From Tubiluchus corallicola (taxonomy: Eukaryota > Animalia > Priapulida), in NCBI GenBank assembly GCA_030141605.1, contig JAQGDQ010000883.1:20621-84620 (forward strand): a stretch of DNA of 64,000 nucleotides, given 5' to 3'. Positions 49,389 through 64,000 of this stretch are shown piece after piece. Both the position numbers and the translations under genes were made by a program. The first letter of the stretch is position 1; each line of letters begins with the position of its first letter. Under the pieces are notes generated by a model. That model saw only the letters and a program-made list of their open reading frames with translations. It had not been told where the DNA came from and ran no database searches.

Positions 49389-49640
49389 CTTTGAGCGAAG
49401 TTGCAAGATTCGACCTTATAATAAATCATCTGCTACGACTATGTACTGTCTATCACAGAACGTCTGACCAGTAAAAACAGCAAACTTGCTAAATTCTAGC
49501 ACAATGTTCTAGCGAATGAGTCCCAACTGTCTGCTCTAGGCCACAGTTGATGACTGAGAGTCCACGTTATCTGTGCTGTCCTTAAATTATCAATGGTCAG
49601 TCAGTCAGTAGTGTAACCACGTCACGTGACGCGTCTAAAG
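49389..49640 (-). promoter_or_regulatory. Probable PTGR1 non-coding first exon and promoter
   Basis: AAG|gtaaac donor at 49389/49388; GTCACGTGAC palindrome at 49621-49630 overlapping CCACGTCA; the ATG exon has an acceptor, so an upstream exon is implied. Confidence 0.4.
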
Positions 49641-50299
49641 TGAAATGAAATTCCGGCCATTCTTATACAGATTACCAGATCTAGGTATTAAATACTGGGT
49701 GCCACTGCATTGTGCGTAGAGGGGTGAGCAGGCATTGTTGGGTTGAACTTAAGCGAGATGCCAACAATTTCGTATTGTACTCGCGAAAGTTTGCGGACAA
49801 AGTACTTGTGCTGTTTTAATTAACAATAACTGTAATTTAGGGGAAGAGGAAACAGTGTTCACTGACACAAACAATGCGAAGGAATGTAGCAACAACAACA
49901 CTAATTGTACAGCAGTAGTACTGAAGATGAACACAAACCACAACCTCAAAGATTAGTTTAATTAAGCTAATGAAAAGGGAATTAATGCTACGCTTATGTC
50001 TTCCCTGTCAATAGTATTTCTTTACGGTTAGTTTTCTGCTATCATAATTCGTTTAGCAGTGATATAAACTAGCTGCCACTTCATTACGAATTCAACTATA
50101 ACTTTTGTGAGACTTTCGCTTGGTGATTCTCATGATTTACACCTGCCTTGATAGTTCGACGTCCCAACAACACGTGCTTGCCCGCAAAGTAGGACAACGA
50201 CCGATAATGAAGTTCGTCGGTGTTATCTTTTAATATTAAACCCTTTTCCAGATTAGCAACTTTCGTTAAACAATCATCAAGACCACGCCCACTTTTTAG

Positions 50300-50717
50300 T
50301 AGGGGTGAGCATGGAACGTTCGAGTTCGAACCGAATTCGATTCGAACGAGTTTTTTTAGTTCGAACTCGATTCGAATCCAAAACTATAGATTCGAATAAT
50401 TCAGCACTTCAATCACACATGTTCTTTATCACTAAAACGATTGAAACATCATGCAATTAGCATAATTTAGCTGTGATTTCTGCACACAACTTTAAAGAAA
50501 TTACTGGTCGTTTTATTGCAGAACAAAATCTAGTGATACGCACGATCTTTGTAAGACTAATTTTTGCTGGTGGTTCGAAATCTTGTTCTAAAATCTTTCG
50601 ATCTTAATTCGAATTCGGTTCGAATTCGAAACGCTGAAGTTCGGTTCGATTCGAATTCGAAAGTCACAAATTGGGTTCGATTCGAATTCGCTTTCTGGTA
50701 GAGAATGCTCACCCCTA
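50300..50717 (+). mobile_element. hAT MITE family C with subterminal TTCGAA/GAATTC arrays
   Basis: TIR TAGGGGTGAGCAT; 8-bp TSD CTTTTTAG; an older inverted, truncated copy at ~14909-15243. Confidence 0.88.
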
Positions 50718-52254
50718 CTTTTTAGGCGGTAGGGCATCTGCTTCGAAAAGACGGCGTCTCTTTCATTTTTGCTTCATTTAATGCAAAGCCGAGAAAAATA
50801 GTTTGTAATAGTCGCATGGTCATCGGTTGACTAAATGATAAAATCCAAACAGTGAACATCTAGAGTTTCTGTGGTATGTTATGCAAAACAACGGATCGCA
50901 TACGATCATTGACAACAAAAATGAAGCCTTCCAGACCTGTTAAAGATATCCTACAGCTCATAACTCTCTCCTTTTTATCAACAGACAGCGCCACATGTTT
51001 TGATAAACACGTAGCTTGTTACAATGAAGTGTTAAAAATATCATGGTCCACGTTAAAACGTATTAGGCCTATTGGACTACTGAATAATGTTAATGAATCT
51101 TTAAACTGCGTTTTTATCATAGTTTTTGGCCACATTTTCCACACAAAAAGAGACCATTCTCTTCTCTTAGTTGCCTGTTTCTCTTTCTCGGCCTCCCGTT
51201 CTCAATTCCACGCAACTGCAGCCCTGGATTTCATTAATCAGAAGCTGTTTTCTTGCTCTGCATTTTTTATTATTCTAGTCTAATCACGTTCACATTTCTC
51301 AAAGGAGCTAAGGCTGCATATTTACCGTTCAGTCTGTTGTCCAACAGAACAAACTGTTTATACTCATGAGAACTAAAGAGGGTGTTATAGGCGGTGTTCT
51401 CGTTCGGAACATTGCTTTCGCCAGAATTGTTTTCCTTGCCAAATTTACCGACTGAACTCGTGCGCATAGAAAAGGTTCAGCGATAGTTCAATGTTGCACC
51501 AGTTTATAGACGCTGATCAACCCAATTTCTTCCATTTGTCTGGCAAGGGCGGACGCAGATTTCGTTTTACACGTATCTTGACCAGAAGTCGCATCTGAGC
51601 ATGGATAAAGTCCTCTGATATCTTTCTTAAAGTTCTGTGACGCCATGTGCGACAACACAATAATTATTTTGGTCTTTGCGTGAATCTGGGAATCATGTGA
51701 GATGGCGTGGTGGGGTATTTTTCAAATGGAATTTCAGAAAATTTGACAAATTTTATGTTACGTAGAAGCTGCCAATAGCAAGTGCGATTTAAATTCTACA
51801 GTGTAGGAAATTCCACCAACGTTTTGCCTTTAATGTCCAATCTGTCTGCTCGTCTGATGGTTCTAGGAAATCGACTCCCTTTCTAAGGGACGTTGGCCGC
51901 TGAATGAGCTGAAATCAGGGCGAGGGACGGACCAATAGAAAGTTATAACAGTTTTACGACACAAGTAAAAATTTATGATTAAAGTGAAAAAAATCGGTTC
52001 GTTTACTGACGAAGAAAGTTTGATAAACTAGGTTTTTCAGTAATAATGCCGTTGTATGCCACGTGAGAAATTCTTAACATGAGGAAATAAACACGTGTCA
52101 CAGAATTAAAATGTTGCTGTGATATCGTGTTTGTAGCAGTACAAATAACAATAATTTTTGGTACATTAACAAAAGCTAGCAAGCAATTTTAAATTTTTAA
52201 ATTCGTTTACAATATTTTTTACAATATAGAAAAATTAACAGACGCAAAAACAGA

Positions 52255-53120
<866 letters not shown>

Positions 53121-54039
53121 AGTATTGGAGGAAATATATAATAACCCCTCATATGTTTACACCTGCCATTTCATCACGTTTTTCTACTCTTGCGTGCGGC
53201 TATCCAAAGTATGTAAACAGCTGAATCCTTTAATCAACATAACCTTCACTTATTTAGACGAATTGAGACCAACGTCCGCAACTGGCATACATTTTAGCTA
53301 GGCTGTGAGATGAGCCCCTGCTGGGTCTACTTCACTTTCTGTGTGGGGAGAGCGTAGATAAGAGTTAAACAACTAATGAATTTTAACCATTTATGGCTCA
53401 AGATCAAACGCAAAGTTGGCAAAATATTACAGAAATGCAAAGTGATTTTGGAAAGCACCAGTCCTGTCTTAAGTTGATAGCAGAACAGCTTTTTTCAGCT
53501 ATTCTTGCTACTGCGCATGTGCGGGCGATCTGTGCAATTTGCGCTTTGATGCAGGCCAGGTTAAATTGTTCTACAAGGAAAAGCCGCAGGTACGTTAACA
53601 CACCTGTCCAGGTAAAATTGCATAACTGGAATCAGTGTTAATTTAATTTAAAGTGGATAATGATTACAAGCTGGAATGTCAGATATGACAAGCCCAAAAA
53701 TTTAGTCTATTCCAGCTATCCATGTTGTTGAAAAACGCCCAGGTTAGCAAACGAATTAGCTGCCTTGCTAGTCTAGGTGCAACACATGCAACAGAAAATG
53801 AATTTTTTTCATCCAATTTCAAATTATAGGAGCAAAATAGCTTTGCATTAATTAAAACATTATTTAGGGATAATTGATTGACGAACTGCCTGAAATTTGA
53901 ATACATGAAATACGAATATAACATATACATGTTATATATAATTCCCAATGGTAAAAAGTGGAACAAGTAACAAAAAAATCAATTCTGGTAAAAAATGTTT
54001 TCCCGCCATCTACCTGGGATTAACAATAAACAATTATTA

Positions 54040-54410
54040 ATCAAACATTAAGCACTGGAAGCGACATTCAGAAACACCATTTCCTTGAAAAATTATCAAC
54101 TGTCTTAGGTTCAACTAGGTCTGTCACAAGTATACTTCCCTGAAGAATATTCCCATGGACGATATGGACATAACGAGACTGTTATATAAAACAAATTACG
54201 GTATTAAATCTCAAGTGCACATGCTGTTAAGAGGACACAATTTCACATTATTTCGTAATTGTTATAGAGTTAATGTAATTAAGCGTTCTTTTGCAAATCC
54301 CATAGTTGAGTTTTGGAATAATTTGCCGTCTGACGTAGCAAATGCAGCTAACACAAGGCAGTCATCTTCATTATTAGTTACTGTTAATTTTATTGGCCTT
54401 TTGTAAAAAT
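54040..54410 (+). mobile_element. Degenerate CR1-like LINE 3' end
   Basis: RGHNFTL...KRSFANPIVEFWNNLPSDV motif. Confidence 0.6.
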
Positions 54411-55639
54411 TTTGTGTAATACTAGTATATAGCCTCCATAAGAGCCATGCAGATGTTATTATGAATATAGTGGGTCTTTTACCGTTTTGTGCTTTTTGTG
54501 CTTTGAATTCTACGGTTAAATATAATTGTCTTGGTGACAATCTGTGCTCTTGTTTTCTTTCTACTGTTTATTTTCTGTGCTGTGAATTCTGTGCTTAATT
54601 AGTAATTTATTAATGACATTTTGTGGTCTCGTCTTTCTTCTGTTGTTTGTTCTTAATTAGTGATTAGTAATTGTTATTGTGTTGTGATTGCATTGCATAA
54701 AAAACGTCTTAATTGCGAATTAACTTCAGTCGTCAAGCTGGCACCGTAACCATTCAGCTATTTCTCCTCCCGTGGAATAAAGGAAAGCAGGTAAAATGTT
54801 TTTCACATGTACAACAGTAATATTGTTTATTTATACTAAGTTATGTTTTTTGCTTACGTTTTTATATAGGCGGCCTTGTTGCCATTAAATTGTTGATCTT
54901 TTAACCCACCCACAACTTTACTAAAAACAAGTTAAGGGATGTATTCACGAGTAGTTTATTACGAAGTAAAAACTTGAGTATTCTCTACCAAGCAAGCTTC
55001 TCTCTCAGCGAGATCATAATTGATGTCTAACGTCGGCTCATTTTCTCTTGAGCCAGACGCTTTCTCAGGTGAATCGCACCCGAAGTCACCTTCTTTTACG
55101 CGTGAAAAGAATTCCATTCTCATAAATTTACTGCTTGGTCAGGTGTGAACAGGCCATGAGATTCCGACTATGTGAATGACACCATGTGAACCACGATGCA
55201 TTGCAGAAGCGAAGATACTTATTAAGTCGAGAGAATTGGTCTGCTTTGTCGGAAACGTATGGCAGCAAGTAGAAATTGTCCAGCAGCCATAACAAGGTCG
55301 GTCGCTCACCTACCTCTCTGAGGACGTTGGTTAACTTTGAAAGGACGAGGACATTGGTAGGGTTTTCGGCGGACATTGTGTTAAGAGCTCCGCCATTGAT
55401 AGTATCTATGTGGGCCAAGGATGTCACGTTCGAGCCTTGATAAAGGTGTTCGGGTGCACTGACTTGCCTCGAAATTGTAAGCTGAAATTTAGAAGATTAA
55501 TTGTGTGGCTGGAGTACCTGGCGAAATTGTAGTAATGCAACACAAAACCAACTGCAGCATAGTTTGGAGATTGTTGTGCAGTTTGTGCATTCTGGCTTCT
55601 AGCTGAACGAAACATGCTGCTACAGAAAGTAGAGAGCTA

Positions 55640-56253
<614 letters not shown>

Positions 56254-58656
56254 GTAGAAAGAGATGTTTTGTTCTCACGCTCGGCTCTAAACCCACTTAA
56301 CAAAAAGTTACAATAGAATGAGTAAAAAACGCTAAAAAAGGAAACGCCAATCAGTTAAAGTCATCAGCCGTAGTTGCAGTAGGACGACGAACTGTCAATG
56401 CCCGAGTAAGACAATGCCACGCCCTGCAGGTAACGCCACATCTGTCCACGTGCTCAGACTAGCAATGGAGCAAGGATTTTGCGGGAAATTCAGAAAGGGG
56501 GCATTAACCCAGAACCGCTGAACGCCGGCCGGCGAGCGTTGTTTACCACCGAAAAAAGCGCCCACGTTCTGTTATGTCTAATTCTCTTTAATCGGGGATA
56601 ATTACCCCCAACTCCCTCGACAAATCTTCTCGAATCCACGCGGGAAAACCTGACAAAGCCCACAGAGGGCGTTACCCCGTTTCAAGGACCTCTCAGCAGC
56701 CAACGTCGCCCACGTGCTTTCATTGATGCATCGTTGATGGTGTCATTTACGTGGAATTGACAGGTAGTGACCTCTGCCGCTTTTCTTCGACAAACAAACA
56801 GTGCCATCAGATGACAAAGGACAAAGCATGTCAATGGACTCTGGGAAGATTAGCTGGTCAATGGTCAGTCGTGTGCTCGCCGGTAGCCTCGTCACCAGCG
56901 TCTATGATAGCTGATCGTTCAGTTGCAACCGTGTCTCTAATCGCATTTATTCATTCTTTTATCTGATATCATCAGATCATTTCAATTCAATTCAATTTCA
57001 TTGCGACCTATTCATAAATAACTACTCTGAGCTTATCAGAAGTTAGCGCCTCATTCTTGCTGGGACAGTTAAGCCGGGTTAAAAAATGCGTACGCTGGTT
57101 TTGGCACGTTGCCAGAATTCATTCCAGTTTGCTCCTCGTAGTACATACCTGATGGACGCTAATAGGTGAAAAACAAGCTAAGGTCACTGACTTATATCTT
57201 ACTCACGCTGGCGATGTCGCAACTCTAGGAACTGCCGTGACGTCATTTGACCCACCCACGTACTTCAAAAAACAAGTTTATGCTCATGTTTTTAAAAACA
57301 GGAGTTCATAATGTTAGTAATTTGGTCAAAAAACAAGTTTATGCTCATGTTTTTAAAAGCAGGAGTTCGTAGTGTTAGTAATTTGGTCAAAAAACCAAAA
57401 CAGAATTTGACTTATGCTGGTTGAACTTAGTTAAGTTTTATGGGTTAAGCGAAGTACAATAGTAAACAAGGGTTTCACATTACCTATTTATCTTTCGCTA
57501 CATCTTTATTTACCTGAAATTACTACTAATCAACACTCTAAAGTGTTTTTATACATGTAAAAATGAACTCTTTCCTTTAAGCAAAAGCCTGCAAAATTGT
57601 AATTATCACAGAAACAAAATTATGTGCGATATCATTATTTTTATTTAACTCTATTGGTGGAAAATTGGTGAAAATATATCATTCCTTGATCAAAAGTTCA
57701 TTGTACTTAATTAGCCTGAGTAATTATATTAGATATATTAGATTATATTTGTATAAGAAAGTATTGTGTCCTGTTATTTTCTCGAATAATGTAGAAAAAT
57801 TCTCGTTCTGTTATTTGAATTGTTATGACCTGGAAAATTAATGTTGGCAAACTCTCAGTTTAACAAGATTTTGCATCACTGAATGCATGGAGGCAGGATG
57901 CCCTTTTGCTCATTTTGTCTGATCAACGATAAATACAAACACGGGAATATAATTTTTCATAAAAATCGAATAGGCCGCTTATGTTGACAACACGTTGGCA
58001 TAACGCTTTGCAATTGCGCGGCATTTTGTGGAATCTGCATCAAAATTCGTTTTTCCCATAAAACGGAAAATTGACAGACAGTTTGCCACTATTCCAAAAG
58101 CCCAAAGGTGCATAGTAAAAATAATTTTGAAATTTTAAGTTAAAATTGGGCTTACAGTTACAGTTACAAATTTTGCTGGGTCAACTTCAGCGAACACGAG
58201 GAACAAACATGCTTTCAAACGTCCATAAATTTTTCTTGCCGTAAGTTGAGCATGTCGTAGAACAAATGCGCCAATTAGCTTTTTCAACTTCTAATGGAAA
58301 TAAAAATACTTCAGTACTTTGTGAGTTAAATCACCGCGTTTAGCATTTCAGCTCGCAAGAAGCATGCTGTACTAGCGAGGTTTCTTTTGACACCATTTTG
58401 CCTGCTAAACAAACATGGCATTTCTTTACAAACAAAAACCGTCTATGAAAATGAAAAAACGTAAAGACTAATAATACGAAAACAATGAAAGCAAAACGAA
58501 AAGAAAGGAAACAAAGGAACACAAAACGAAGTAGATAGAACAACGGAAAGAAAACAAACAGAAACAAGACAAAAATATGCAGGCAAAGATGAATTTCGAA
58601 AAATCCACGTACCTCGTTTCTTCTTCGCAATTTCTTATTATTTCTTCTTGTCTCAC

Positions 58657-58775
58657 CATATCTCGTCTCGAGTCACTGTCAGTATTTCAAGTATTTCAAG
58701 ATTTTTATATCCCGGACGTTGGACCACTTTCACTTTATATAGGTGCCGGTTTCACTTTCCTCGCGCATGCGCACT
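58657..58775 (-). promoter_or_regulatory. Putative Pol II promoter and tiny first exon ending ATG|GTGAGA
   Basis: On -: TGCGCATGCGC, GGAAAGTGAAACC (58760-58748), AAAGTGAAAGTG, TATAAAA (58709) 32 nt before an Inr-like CAGT (58677). Confidence 0.5.
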
Positions 58776-58779
58776 TCTG

Positions 58780-59812
58780 GCTGCTATCCCAGTCAAGGCT
58801 GGTGCAATAGGGCAGGTTTTTAACAACTATCCTGGCTAGTTACCTGTGGCCAAGGATAAAATGCCTTGTGAATGATAAATTGCCAGGAGCTATAAAAATG
58901 TTGCTTGTTTTTTTTGTAGAAAATTCCAAGTATGTGGAAATCCAGAAACCGGCTGAGGAGCGCGTGAAGAGCAACTTAAAATTTTGTTTTGAATTCAAAA
59001 ACCGTATTTATTCATGAAAAATATTTGTATATGCACTTACGATCTTTTTATTTGCAAACATAATTATTAGTAACAACTGCAATTATAATTTTAATAAATT
59101 AGAAAGCCTGAAAAATTGTACCCTATCCTGGGACTCGAACCTAAAGCCAATACATCGCACTTTCCAGGCAGGTATACTCAATAAGTGTTAAAATTCAACG
59201 TTCTTTCTCTACTTGGTTAATTTTTATTTATTCATTTCAGTTTTGTTTCAGTACAAGGGACAAATCAATATACTGAATGATGATGATGATGATGACGATG
59301 ATGATGATGACGATGTTGATAAATATTTATTTATAACAACTGCTTTATGCTTGTTGCCTCTATTTGAAAACGATACCTTGTACTGACGTTACAATACAGA
59401 ATATTTTGCAACGATAGTATACGTTTCAAAACTTTCATCATGTGAAAGTTAGCGAAAGAATTAGAAAGGTTTGTAAATAAAAAATATGAGCACCACTTGC
59501 GCAAAGCACTCCGTAGCTTGCAGAAAAAAGAAAAAAAGAAAGCATTTAAAACACTGAAAGTAAAGATAGTAAAGATTCATCCACCGACTCAGAGTTAAAA
59601 AAGAAAGCATTTAAAACACGGAAAGTAAAGATAGTAAAGATTGATTCACCGACTCAGAGTTAAAAAAGAAAGCGTTTAAAACACGGAAAGTAAAGATAGT
59701 AAAGATTGATCCATCGACTCAGAGTTAAAAAAAGCATTTAAAACACGGAATGTAAAGATAGTAAAGATTGATCTACCGATTCAGAGTTAAAAAAGAAAGC
59801 ATTTAAAACACA
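58780..59812 (+). repeat. Left arm of ~1 kb near-identical inverted duplication
   Basis: Reverse complement of 62875-63908 with only a few differences seen by eye. Confidence 0.95.
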
Positions 59813-60053
59813 GAAAGTAAAGATAGTAAAGATTGATTCACCAACTCAGAGTTAAAAAAGAAAGCGTTTAAAACACAGAAAGTAAAGATAGTAAAGATTG
59901 ATCCATCGACTCAGAGTTAAAAAGAAAGTGTTTAAAACACGGAAAGTGAAGATAGTAAAGATTGATCCACCGACTCAGAGTTAAAAAAAGAAAGCATTTA
60001 AAACACGGAAAGTAAAGATAGTAAAGATTGATCCACCGACTCAGAGTTAAAAA
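59533..60053. repeat. 65-bp minisatellite, 8 copies
   Basis: Unit AAAAAAGAAAGCATTTAAAACACGGAAAGTAAAGATAGTAAAGATTGATCCACCGACTCAGAGTT. Confidence 0.93.
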
Positions 60054-60079
60054 CCGCATTGTATTAAAAAAAATTGATT

Positions 60080-60640
60080 TTCATAATGCTTAGGAATTAA
60101 TATGATTTGTATAATACATTTAGTACAAATGATTAAAGATGTATTTCTTAAGGCACATAAAACATATGTAAGACCAATCGTTGAATATTGTACACCAGCA
60201 AGGCATATCGGCTATGTAATATTGATATTGTAGAGAGAGTTTAAACATATTTTACATGTAAACTATTTTTTAGATGTAGCGTGGCTTGTATCTCGTACCC
60301 CGACAGACTAAAAGTTTTAAATTTAAAGTCATTATAATAAAGATCAAACTCAAAATGACTTATGTATGCGTTATAAACTTAGTTATAAAGAAGTAGATTT
60401 GAATACTGAATCGTACGCAGAGTAACCGTCAATTTTGTTAAAATTATTTGCACAAAGAACTAATAAAAAGCAGTTTGGACATTTATTTCAAACCGGCTTG
60501 TTCACATATGGAATTCACTTCGAAGCTCTGTGAATGGTTTTCCGGTTGTTACAGCAGCAAATTTTCAATTATTCCTCAAAAGATTGTGCTCAGTTGATCT
60601 TGATAACTTTCTCAAATATAAAAGGCTCGTGTAAGAAGGC
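60080..60640 (+). mobile_element. Degenerate CR1/Jockey-group LINE 3' fragment
   Basis: Broken ORF KTYVRPIVEYCTP...SYPDRLKVLNL...SNRLVHIWNSL. Confidence 0.65.
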
Positions 60641-60826
60641 TCGTCTCCCCAACACTCAAGAACTTTATTTTTGATTTAACATTTCATTGTGTTGTAATGT
60701 AGAGTGTTGTATTTTTATATTTTGTACACTAATTGTAAATTTTAATTGAGTTTTAATATATTATATTAAATTAAATTGCGCACGAAAGTGAGTAATCAGA
60801 GAAGCGAGTTTGCGAATGTTACAGCA

Positions 60827-61343
<517 letters not shown>

Positions 61344-62593
61344 ATGCGTTACCACTAGACTGTACCGTCAGGTCGGTTTAAACAAATAACTAGAGAAAGC
61401 ACGAACAAGTAAATATAATTAGTCATTTCTGAAAATATATTGTTTGAATTTTGTTTTGAAGACAAAAATTGAGCTTGAAAGTTTAATGTCAGGATTTGTA
61501 AGGAAAGCATGAAGTACTGCAAGTTATATTATTATCTCCAGATTTTTTGAAATATTTTACTCCAGTTCTCCATCATCATGATCATTGCGAACGAATTCGT
61601 AAACAGAACTATATAGCGTAAGGCGGAAGGATAAAGGAAGAGCAGGGTAGAGAAAAAAGAAAAGAACAATGGCGGAAACACGTTTTTTGTTGACCGGGTA
61701 CTGAATTTACTTTTTATAAAAAGATTAAAGTATTTGTAATGTGTTGTTTGTGCTGTAATCCGTAGTAGGTGTTGTTCAAATGGTAAGACTGTTTTCAATG
61801 AAAGAATAATGCATAGAAGAAGCAAAAAGAAAAAACGAATTCTATTTTTATCGTTATTCGTAATCTATCCAGTAAGTGTGTTCTAGACGTATCAGCTTTA
61901 AGAATCATAGTTAGTATCCAAGAACAGGTTTTTTCAGAGCTTTGCAATTCTTCAAACGTTTACCTGTTTATCTGTTGTTGAGTCACAATGATGCAGTAGT
62001 TATTGCATAATTTTCACAGGTTTCCTAAAACTTACAACTTGGTTTTGCAATTGAATTTTTATAGTTATAAAATTATATTGTAAGTTATAGTACTTTTATT
62101 AGTAGCCACTTGGGTAGGATTCTCCCTTACAACGTTTCGCTGATTATTATTGTTGTTGTTTTGTTTTAATGGTTGTATTCGTTAACGTAAAATAATTTAT
62201 TCTACTATATCTATATTTAGTTTTGTACATAAAAATTACTGTATTTTATTATTTGGTTCGTCTCTGCATTAACTTCTAGTCCTGCACTGTGTATGACTGA
62301 ACATGTTCCACTAACTCTACTAGAAAGATATAGTGTTCTTGGGACCGACAACTCTTATCAATTCGAATTCTTCTAGGTGACTCAGTTTAAGGACTAATTT
62401 CATTCTATTTTTTCTTCCACATTTATTTGACATTATTCCAAAGTGATTATACAGAAATATTCAGATATTTTTTATGTTGGGATTACTGTCTAATTAGTTA
62501 CTACATAAAGAATGATTATGGCTGATGGAGTGATGGTATACTGTGCTGTTTCTATGTTTGTATAATGTACTGTATATGTCACTGTGTCCTGGG

Positions 62594-62870
62594 TTGATGT
62601 CTTTGTCTTTTCTGTTTGTTGTCTTTGTCTTTTCTGTTTGATGTCTTTGTCCTTTCTGTTTGTTGTCTTTGTCTTTTCTGTTTGATGTCTTTGTCCTTTC
62701 TGTTTGATGTCTTTGTCTTTTCTGTTTGTTGTCTTTGTCCTTTCTGTTTGATGTCTTTGTCTTTTCTGTTTGATGTATTTGTCTTTTCTGTTTGATGTCT
62801 ATGTCTTTTCTGTTTGATGTCTTTGTCTTTTCTGTTTGTTGTCTTTGTCTTTTCTGTTTGTTGTCTATGT
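62594..62870. repeat. 22-bp minisatellite (~12 copies)
   Basis: Unit TGTCTTTGTCTTTTCTGTTTG(A/T). Confidence 0.92.
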
Positions 62871-62874
62871 CCCT

Positions 62875-63908
62875 GTGTTTTAAATGCTTTCTTTTTTAAC
62901 TCTGAATCGGTAGATCAATCTTTACTATCTTTACATTCCGTGTTTTAAATGCTTTTTTTAACTCTGAGTCGATGGATCAATCTTTACTATCTTTACTTTC
63001 CGTGTTTTAAACGCTTTCTTTTTTAACTCTGAGTCGGTGAATCAATCTTTACTATCTTTACTTTCCGTGTTTTAAAATGCTTTCTTTTTTAACTCTGAGT
63101 CGGTGGATGAATCTTTACTATCTTTACTTTCAGTGTTTTAAATGCTTTCTTTTTTTCTTTTTTCTGCAAGCTACGGAGTGCTTTGCGCAAGTGGTGCTCA
63201 TATTTTTTATTTACAAACCTTTTTAATTCTTTCGCTAACTTACACATGATGAAAGTTTTGAAACGTATACTATCGTTGCAAAATATTCTGTATTGTAACG
63301 TCAGTACAAGGTATCGTTTTCAAATAGAGGCAACAAGCATAAAGCAGTTGTTATAAATAAATATTTATCAACATCGTCATCATCATCATCGTCATCATCA
63401 TCATCATCATTCAGTATATTGATTTGTCCCTTGTACCAAAACAAAACTGAAATGAATAAATAAAAATTAACCAAGTAGAGAAAGAACGTTGAATTTTAAC
63501 ACTTATTGAGTATACCTGCCTGGAAAGTGCGATGTATTGGCTTTAGGTTCGAGTCCCAGGATAGGAATACAATTTTTCAGGCTTTCTAATTTATTAAAAT
63601 TATAATTGCAGTTGTTACTAATAATTATGTTTGCAAATAAAAAGATCGTAAGTGCATATACAAATATTTTTCATGAATAAATACGGTTTTTGAATTCAAA
63701 ACAAAATTTTAAGTTGCTCTTCACGCGCTCCTCAGCCGGTTTCTGGATTTCCACATACTTGGAATTTTCTACAAAAAAAACAAGCAACATTTTTATAGCT
63801 CCTGGCAATTTATCATTCACAAGGCATTTTATCCTTGGCCACAGGTAACTAGCCAGGATAGTTGTTAAAAACCTGCCCTATTGCACCAGCCTTGACTGGG
63901 ATAGCAGC
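62875..63908 (-). repeat. Right arm of inverted duplication
   Basis: Includes ~4.3 copies of the 65-bp unit in the same variant order as the left arm. Confidence 0.95.
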
Positions 63909-64000
63909 TGGGCGTGGCGTGCGAGAAAGTGAACCAAATGGTGAGAGTGAAAGGGTCTTAACGTCTGAGAGTAAACCTTTAAAGAGCGAAATACTGACAG

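Noticed and set aside
50876-51720. Coding-looking sequence upstream of PTGR1
   Set aside because: Minus-strand frames are broken by stops, the 135-aa plus ORF has no recognisable domain, and no coherent splice structure was found
63505-63570. tRNA gene (GGTTCGAGTCC B box; mirror at ~59130; similar at ~16805)
   Set aside because: No cloverleaf or clear A box; at most tRNA-SINE remnants

Overview
AT-rich metazoan (probably invertebrate) genomic DNA with spliceosomal genes. (1) A chromokinesin KIF4A-like gene on + with 24 coding exons from 1375 to 41612. I assembled it by hand: all introns are GT-AG with consistent phases, giving about 1196 aa in the window; the first coding exon lies upstream of the window. 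(2) A complete, convergent prostaglandin reductase 1-like (PTGR1/LTB4DH) gene on - with 7 coding exons (48619-43944, 332 aa). Introns and intergenic DNA are packed with non-autonomous DNA transposons (hAT, piggyBac, Kolobok/T2-like, Tc1/pogo, Harbinger types), LINE fragments, a 5S-headed SINE, minisatellites and microsatellites. The most unusual structure is at the right end: a ~1 kb near-perfect inverted duplication (58780-59812 / 62875-63908). Its homology decays outward into two mirror-image promoter-like sequences carrying IRF/ISRE-type motifs, which suggests a head-to-head paralog pair with a homogenised shared regulatory region. Family assignments of repeats rest on termini, TSDs and remembered motifs, not database searches.
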